From Antedon mediterranea (lineage: Eukaryota; Animalia; Echinodermata), in the NCBI RefSeq assembly GCF_964355755.1, contig NC_092677.1:11678101-11742100 (forward strand): 64,000 nt of DNA. The letters run 5' to 3'. Position 1 is the stretch's first letter. Each line of letters begins with the position of its first letter. A program made the translations under genes and the position numbers. Shown in pieces: positions 57,101-64,000 of this stretch. The notes below the pieces were generated by a model. The model was not told where the DNA came from and did not search any database. It saw only the letters and a program-made list of their open reading frames with translations.

Positions 57101-60100
57101 ATGTGCATGTTAAATAACCATATAAAACTATTTCTTTCTTATGATCAGTACTATACAGTGATTGTGTTTTTAAATACAGTAGTTGGCTGGCTTGTTAACC
57201 TTTCTGGTTGAGTGATTAGCTCTATCCCATTACTATCGTGCCAACATTTGGGTTGACTAACCTGTTGATGGCTGTTGATTGGTTGACTTGTATCCAACCT
57301 TGTCGGTTGCTTTACTGACTGGTTAAGTGGTTCATGACAAATAAGATGCTTCTTATTTTCTAGGCTACTTGAGAAAGATCCTTCCCACAGACCATCTGCA
57401 ACTGAAATAACCAAAATAGATTTTGTAGAAAGACATATAGAGGTGATTACTAATGTTATTCTCAACATGCTCTTTAAACAATTTGACCACTTTACGATTA
57501 TGATGATGTATATATTTATTTATTAAGATTAGGCCAATGTACTATACTATCATCAAAATTAGAATCCTTTTGTTTGATTAAGTAATCAAATTGAACATGT
57601 AGTATATCACACAATTTTGTAAGATACCATTTAAAATCAGAAATAGAATAGTTAAACTAATATTGGCATGCATCATCATTATTTACAATATAGAAAATGA
57701 AAAACAAGATAGCAGCATTTAAGGAACATAGAGATGACGTCCACAGTCAGAAAACAGACACAGATGAGATAGCCAGGATGTTGCGAGAAAAAACCCACCT
57801 TGAAGATCTACAGAATGCCAGTCTGAAGAGACAACAAGAAGAGCTGAAACATATGACACCGAGGGAGCGTATGAGGTTGAAGAAAATGCAAAAGGGAGAT
57901 GAAAAAGCCAAGGTTTTAAGGTATAGGTCGTCAGTTGTCGAAAATCGAAAGCTCCCTAATATTGCCCAGTTTTTAGTGACATTGCATTTCTCAAAGTAGA
58001 GTATTTCTAACCTTTTGTCCATTATTGTCTATTATGATCATGAAGTTAAATTTGTTTTTCATTTGCTAGGGAGGAAGCTAGGAAGAATTTAGCAGGTAAT
58101 GTGCAGAGAAAGACTTTGATACAAGAGAATATGGGTACATATAAACCACCAGTATGGCAAGGAGGTAGTTCAAGGGTACGTAAACAGGCTACTAATTACA
58201 GCTCAACAAAAACATGTTTTTTGGAATGTTGCCAATAGATAAGTGTGGTTGTGTTATATATCTATTTTCCCCCAGTATTATAATTATGTAAGTTGTGTGC
58301 TGGCCCTCTTAGAGAATCAGTCTTGTACTGTAAGTGATCACTAAGTAAAAATATGAAATAAATAAAATGATGATGTACATCAATAGAAATAAAACTGTAA
58401 ATAGGGGGAACTCTGCTCTATTCTGCTTGACGAAAAGAGTTATAACAAGAAATATTTCTTACAAAAAACGCCGCTTATCTCATGATCTACCACCGCTTAT
58501 CTCACGATCTACCACCGCTTATCTCGCCATCTACCACCGCTTATCTCACCATCTACCACCGCTTATCTCACCATCTACCACCGCTTATCTCGCGATCTAC
58601 CACCGTTCATCTCGCGATCTACCACCTACGTGCATCTCAATAATTATCAGAAAATGTTTTTATAGACGCTCAGACATGCTTAAGGTGTGAGTATGCCCCG
58701 TCCGAGTTTCCAAATACAAATTTTTTCAGCCGTATTATAAACTATAAGCTACCGCACGGTAACTGTATCCTATTGCTTCTGTTCTCTTGATTATAACTGC
58801 CTGTTTTTATAGACGCTCAGACATGCTTAAGGTGTGAGTATGCCCCGTCCGAGTTTCCAAATACAAATTTTTTCAGCCGTATTATAAACTATAAGCTACC
58901 GCACGGTAACTGTATCCTATTGCTTCTGTTCTCTTGAATATAACTGCCTGTTTTTATAGACGCTCAGACATGCTTAAGGTGTGAGTATGCCCCGTCCGAG
59001 TTTCCAAATACAAATTTTTTCAGCCGTATTATAAACTATAAGCTACCGCACGGTAACTGTATCCTATTGCTTCTGTTCTCTTGAATATAACTGCCTGTTT
59101 TTATAGACGCTCAGACATGCTTAAGGTGTGAGTATGCCCCGTCCGAGTTTCCAAATACAAATTTTTTCAGCCGTATTATAAACTATAAGCTACCGCACGG
59201 TAACTGTATCCTATTGCTTCTGTTCTCTTGAATATAACTGCCTGTTTTTATAGACGCTCAGACATGCTTAAGGTGTGAGTATGCCCCGTCCGAGTTTCCA
59301 AATACAAATTTTTTCAGCCGTATTATAAACTATAAGCTACCGCACGGTAACTGTATCCTATTGCTTCTGTTCTCTTGAATATAACTGCCTGTTTTTATAG
59401 ACGCTCAGACATGCTTAAGGTGTGAGTATGCCCCGTCCGAGTTTCCAAATACAAATTTTTTCAGCCGTATTATAAACTATAAGCTACCGCACGGTAACTG
59501 TATCCTATTGCTTCTGTTCTCTTGAATATAACTGCCTAAAGGAGAGGCGTGAGAAACGCCCTTTTTCACTTTATACTAAATTGTTAATATTATGTATCTT
59601 GTACAGAATATACCATGGGTGAAAGACAATCCAGATGTGTACAATGATCCTGCCTTCCGTGCTAACCTTCCTCCTAGTACACCAGATATCTCAATTTATC
59701 AACAAGAAAATGACTATTATTCTACCACTCCTGACAACTATTTTGATAGAGAAGACATTGGGACCATAAAACAAGGTAAGCTAACTTACATATTTAGTTT
59801 ATCATTGTCATTAATTAATTTTAAGGGAATGTAATCTAATTCCATTAGTGTTGGCCGAAGTTTTAAAACATATATATTTTCCTGTTTGTTATGAGCTAGT
59901 CAAACATTACTGGCAAGGGTTCGAGACCTACTCACTCCTAGTTCTGGTGGTGGAACAAGTCTTCTCAGAAAGGACTATAAACCGTAGGTCCAGTGTACAC
60001 AGTTTGTACATTTTAAAGAACCTTGTTCATCATTCGAGACAGAGTAGAGGTTACCCCGGATTACCAGATAGGACAGTGATTAATTTACTATTTGTAATGC

Positions 60101-61518
60101 TTGGCCTCATGTGCCTAAAGACATAAAGTTAAAAGAAATTATGATGAAAAGTGTCCCAATTTCAATGTTTAAATCACTTCATCACTTATTTTTTCTAGCT
60201 CAACACACTATAGGTTTACATCCCAATGAATCAGATGATCGACCAATTACTCCAATGAAAAAGACCATCGACTTCAACGATCCAAATATCTCAATGGCGA
60301 CGCCACCAGGTCTGAAACCGCTCCGTAAAAAAAAATTTTTTGAAAATGGAAATAAAAATGGTTCAGATTCTCAATCTAGCAAATCGGTTTCAAACAAAAA
60401 AGAGAATGGTACATCTGGTGATAACGCTTCCAAGACTAAACCGAAAGAACAGTTAATTCCAAAAGAGATCTTGAATCAGATTCCAGAAGACGCTGATGCT
60501 GCGGAAACGTTCTACTCTCAACATGAAGAGTTTGAGTCGGACTCTGATGATGAGTTTGATCAGGAAGAGGTAAACAAGCATTGCAACTTGTGTAATAACC
60601 TTTACTAGAAATACACCTGTCATATATATACCAATCAAATCATTTAAAAAAAAACTAGATAATTTATATCTAGTTTTTTATTGAAATAAATGTATTCTTT
60701 TCTTTAGGATGATTATGGTGCTTTGATGAGCGTTATGCAAAACGCTTTAGACTCAACTGTGCAAGGTATTGTATTTTACATATAATTATACTACTGTCTG
60801 TACTGCATTTATCAGGATTAAAACAAAATTCTGACCATAACATTTCTGTAGCTTATATTATTATATTAAAACTTTTATATTTTTAGATAATAATGCTACT
60901 GTTACTGATGACACAATTGGTGTCTTCTCGCCAGCTGTTCGTGACATGAAAATCAAGAATCTGACACTGTATCCTTTTTTTTAACATATATACTCTTTTC
61001 ATTTTGGCAAATTGCCAAGTATAAATATAATTCATTCACTAACCTTCTTAAATGTGGCATTTCCGTTCACAGGACAAAAATACACAAGATGCTCTACATA
61101 AACAAAGTCTTATTACAAGTTTTTGGGAGTGGAGTTTTCCCGTGAAATGCACAAGGGGTAATATATGTATATAAAACCATGACCAACTTCTATTTTGGAG
61201 AAACCCCTATTAAGGAGAGTCCGGAGGTGTTCCTTTATAGAGGTTATACTGTAAATGGGTGATAAGTGTGAGCTACTATTGGCAATTGTTAGTATTTTCC
61301 TTAATAAATCCTGCAGAGAATGTGAAAAGAAATTAGGTAAAGTTGCCTTTAAGAAAGCATATTCATTCTTGAAAGAAGCAAGATTTGGCGATGGGAAAGC
61401 TACGCTGGATGAGAATGCCATTATGAAAGGTCTTCGACAGTTTGTTGGTAACCCTAGTGACTGCTTCCTTGTTGACCAACTGTTATTCCTAGAGGAACAA
61501 GCCAAGATGATGAAGTGA
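54120..61518 (+). CDS. NEK11: NIMA-related serine/threonine kinase 11, multi-exon
   Basis: GCCACCATG; LANRY..EKKLGSGSFGT, KVLKEI..GEL.PDET, HRDLKTSNIFL, IGDFGISR, GTPYYMSPEVLKHEGYNSKSD, MTPRERMRLKK, CFLVDQLLFLEEQ. Confidence 0.93.
56114..56566. repeat. 75-bp tandem array, 6 copies, derived from a MITE right end plus flank
   Basis: Unit tagtggtatgacatcatgtcc...gtttgatagtgtggatggagctttagggaccatgt; continues directly from the MITE left half at 56035. Confidence 0.92.
58471..58626. repeat. 22-bp minisatellite, about 7 copies
   Basis: (ccgcttatctcaccatctacca)n. Confidence 0.9.
58655..59537. repeat. 147-bp tandem array, 6 near-identical copies
   Basis: gacgctcag anchor at 58665, 58812, 58959, 59106, 59253 and 59400. 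Confidence 0.95.
60969..61316 (+). other. U12-type GT-AG intron, last intron of NEK11
   Basis: Donor GTATCCTTT; branch-like TTCCTTAAT about 10 nt before the CAG; splicing gives KNLTL-ECEKKLG in frame. Confidence 0.85.
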
Positions 61519-63533
61519 TCAAAGTCGGTGGTAAAGGATATCTAAACAACTATCCTCAGGACAACTTCTTTAGGATTTTAAGGTTATTGGGTAGTTGTAC
61601 AGTTGTCCTAGAAGGTAGTTGTCCTGAGATAGTAGGCTAAAAGTTTAAAACATTGTATTATAACTGCTGTGCATATAGATGCAATATAATGTTCTACTTG
61701 TACATTAGAACACATACAATGCATTTTTTGAAGTCCTGATCATTCCACCATTCAGTTTAAAATATGTCAAAACATTTTGCATGCAAGATACTTTTAAAAA
61801 AACAAGCACAATTAACTTGTCTTTCATACTTTTCCTGTGCCATGTTGTTTCCAAGATTACAGTAATAAGATTTCTTTCTTGGCCAAGTATGATCAGTTTT
61901 CTCGCCATGTTGTTTCCAAGGATATTAAGCTCTTTGGGATCAGGCATCTGCATTGTATTCAAATGATTAGCTTCTGTTGCCATCATACTTCATTTAATTT
62001 AATATGCGCAATATTTCGATTGACATTCGATGACAAAGGTGAGTATGATTTGATTTGTGTTGAGACACCCAAATGTTTTTGCACTTTCAAGAACTTCAAG
62101 GATAAAAAATAACGCCGAAACAAAGCAGCTCGCAAAGTTGAAAGTTGCTACCTAATATCGTGAACAGCATCCAATTATACTGCAAAACATAGGATACGTT
62201 TTCCAAAAAGCCCCCCCCCCCCCCCCCAGGACCTCTATGATTTGTGCAATATAGATACCGTGGTCTTAGATTTAGACCTTGTATTGCAATCAATTTTGTT
62301 TCTAGAAAAGCAATGCTTATAAATGTATAGAAAACGGAGTGATGATTATCCTCTGACCCAATATTACCCAATCCAAAATTCATGTATTATATCTTGATAG
62401 TAAAACCAAAATAGTATTTAAGTTCATAATCATATCATTCCAACTTAAATCCGTCCAATTCAGTGTGTATATGCATTTTTTATTCTGGTGTGCCAATCAA
62501 ATTTTAATACCATATTTAGAGTATTGTATACCATATTAAGAGTATTAAGAATTTGTCATCTTTTGTACTTATGTGTACTCACCTTGAAAAAGTTTATATG
62601 CTAATGCTTTATATGTGTCCGTGTACAGAAAAATGATTGAGCGTTTGGGTTCTTTTTATGGGTGTTGGCAGGTAAATTAAAATATGGATCTGGATGAGTT
62701 CGTGTATGCAAGAGGTGATTTTGCATACTTAATTTTAGATTGTGTGCGTATTTTCTGTACAGTTAAAAACAATAATATTACATTTTTTTGGACAGTAAAA
62801 TACTGTCAAAACTCTGAAATCGGTTTTAGAGTCCTTTTTGCAATTTGAACATAGCTTCAGCATACACGGTCGGGAAAATAGAATTTTTATCTACTTTATT
62901 TGCAGCTGTGAAATTCAAAATGCTTTCCATAATTTTTGGTGATGTTTTTATGCCTTTAGTTCAAGTGATCCATTTTGTATTCTTCGTAATGGTAATTTAC
63001 ACAGATTTTAGACTGTTTTAGATGAAGATTTTTAGATCATAGTATTTGGAGGGGTGATGGGTGAGGTTTCCCTCATTTATTGTACAGTATTTTCGAAACT
63101 ACTGAAGTTATTTTTATTTAAAGGTGAATTTGTCTAATATATGACTAGTCCAGGTTGATAAACTTTTTTTTTATGCTGGTCTGTCCAGCATATTGACCAA
63201 AGCTACACAAAGGCAACTAAATTAGTTAATTTTTAATTGCAAATGAAGAAAGGTGTAAACAATTGCTTTATAAAATAAATATGCTAAATGTTATAATTAT
63301 GTATAAAGAGTGCAGTGTCTATTTTAAATAAAATAAAAGAAATATCTTGTGGAATTTTTTTATATTTTAATATTTATTATAATGTCCATTCGATTGAAAG
63401 AGACTTTAGTTTGATATAAAAACAGCAACAGTAGTTTATTTCCATAGGTGTCAATATTCTTTACTCCATGCAATACTGTATGTACCATGATGTATTCAAA
63501 TATTCTTGTTCATTTTATTTTAAACATTATTTC

Positions 63534-63803
63534 TTAAAACCTTTTCTTGTCTTTAAAGAAATCAATTTTTGCTATCTGTTCAGGCAGATAGCTTTGTTGC
63601 CCAGGGCCAGCCGTTCGCTTGTAGCCCTTTGCATAGCCCATGTCCTTCATCAACTTTGTCGGTGCATTGCGCAAATGAAGAGGCACACCTGGCATAGCTC
63701 CTTCATGATTCTCTATATGATCTTTGACCCGATTATAAGCCATGTAGGATTCGGTGGATTTTGGCGCTCTTGCGAGGTAGACAACACAGTGCGACAAGTT
63801 GAT
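63534..63803 (-). CDS. WRNIP1: Werner helicase-interacting protein 1 (MgsA/RarA AAA+ family), last exon
   Basis: INLSHCVVYLARAPKS..Y.AY, VPLHLRNAPTKLMKDMGYAKGYK, YLPE. Confidence 0.92.
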   Translation of the reverse strand: MNLSHCVVYLARAPKSTESYMAYNRVKDHIENHEGAMPGVPLHLRNAPTKLMKDMGYAKGYKRTAGPGQQSYLPEQIAKIDFFKDKKRF

Positions 63804-63831
63804 CTGTGAATAAATGAAATAAATTATAATA

Positions 63832-64000
63832 ACTAGATGGTACGCTCGCTTCGCTCGCGTACCATCTAGGTCGTGCCCACAGATGGTTCTCGAATACATA
63901 ATAATTTCAGGGTTAAAAAACTGGCGATTTCAAATGTACGTACCGCAGGACAATAATACATGTCGTTTACAGGAACGAATAAATAGACACTGTGATTTAT
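63832..64000 (-). mobile_element. Possible Helitron-type terminus
   Basis: actagatggtacgctcgcttcgctcgcgtaccatctag: CTAG end with GC-rich hairpin; similar gcgaagcgagc...ctagt at about 53840-53863. Confidence 0.4.

Noticed and set aside
58655-59537. CRISPR-like array
   Set aside because: Units are head-to-tail near-identical with no unique spacers; eukaryotic intron; no cas genes

Overview
AT-rich, intron-rich eukaryotic genomic DNA from an invertebrate animal. A deuterostome or echinoderm is plausible from the Deu-domain SINEs and the Gmr1-type element, but this is inference only. Gene order: last exon of NAE1 (+), IMPA1 (+), a tandem pair of unrecognised two-exon, two-TM membrane-protein genes (-), KDSR (-) head-to-head with VPS35 (+), NDUFB9 (-) head-to-head with FANCA (+), a very young Gmr1-like Gypsy LTR retrotransposon (-; SCAN-gag, PR-IN-RT-RH order), ASTE1 (-; with an unusual repeat plus RGG tail) head-to-head with NEK11 (+), and the last exon of WRNIP1 (-). 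Introns are dense with MITEs, tRNA/Deu SINEs, a 5S-derived fragment, an L2-type LINE end and tandem arrays. The most notable signals are three minimal hammerhead-ribozyme motifs in Penelope-like remnants, two of them forming an inverted pair with a covarying A3-U8 core inside a FANCA intron. Also notable are two U12-type introns, a foldback element whose target-site duplication copied a splice donor, and the ASTE1-NEK11 divergent pair shared with human. No prokaryotic systems or CRISPR arrays were found. All exon boundaries and protein identities were read by eye and from recalled family motifs, not from database searches.
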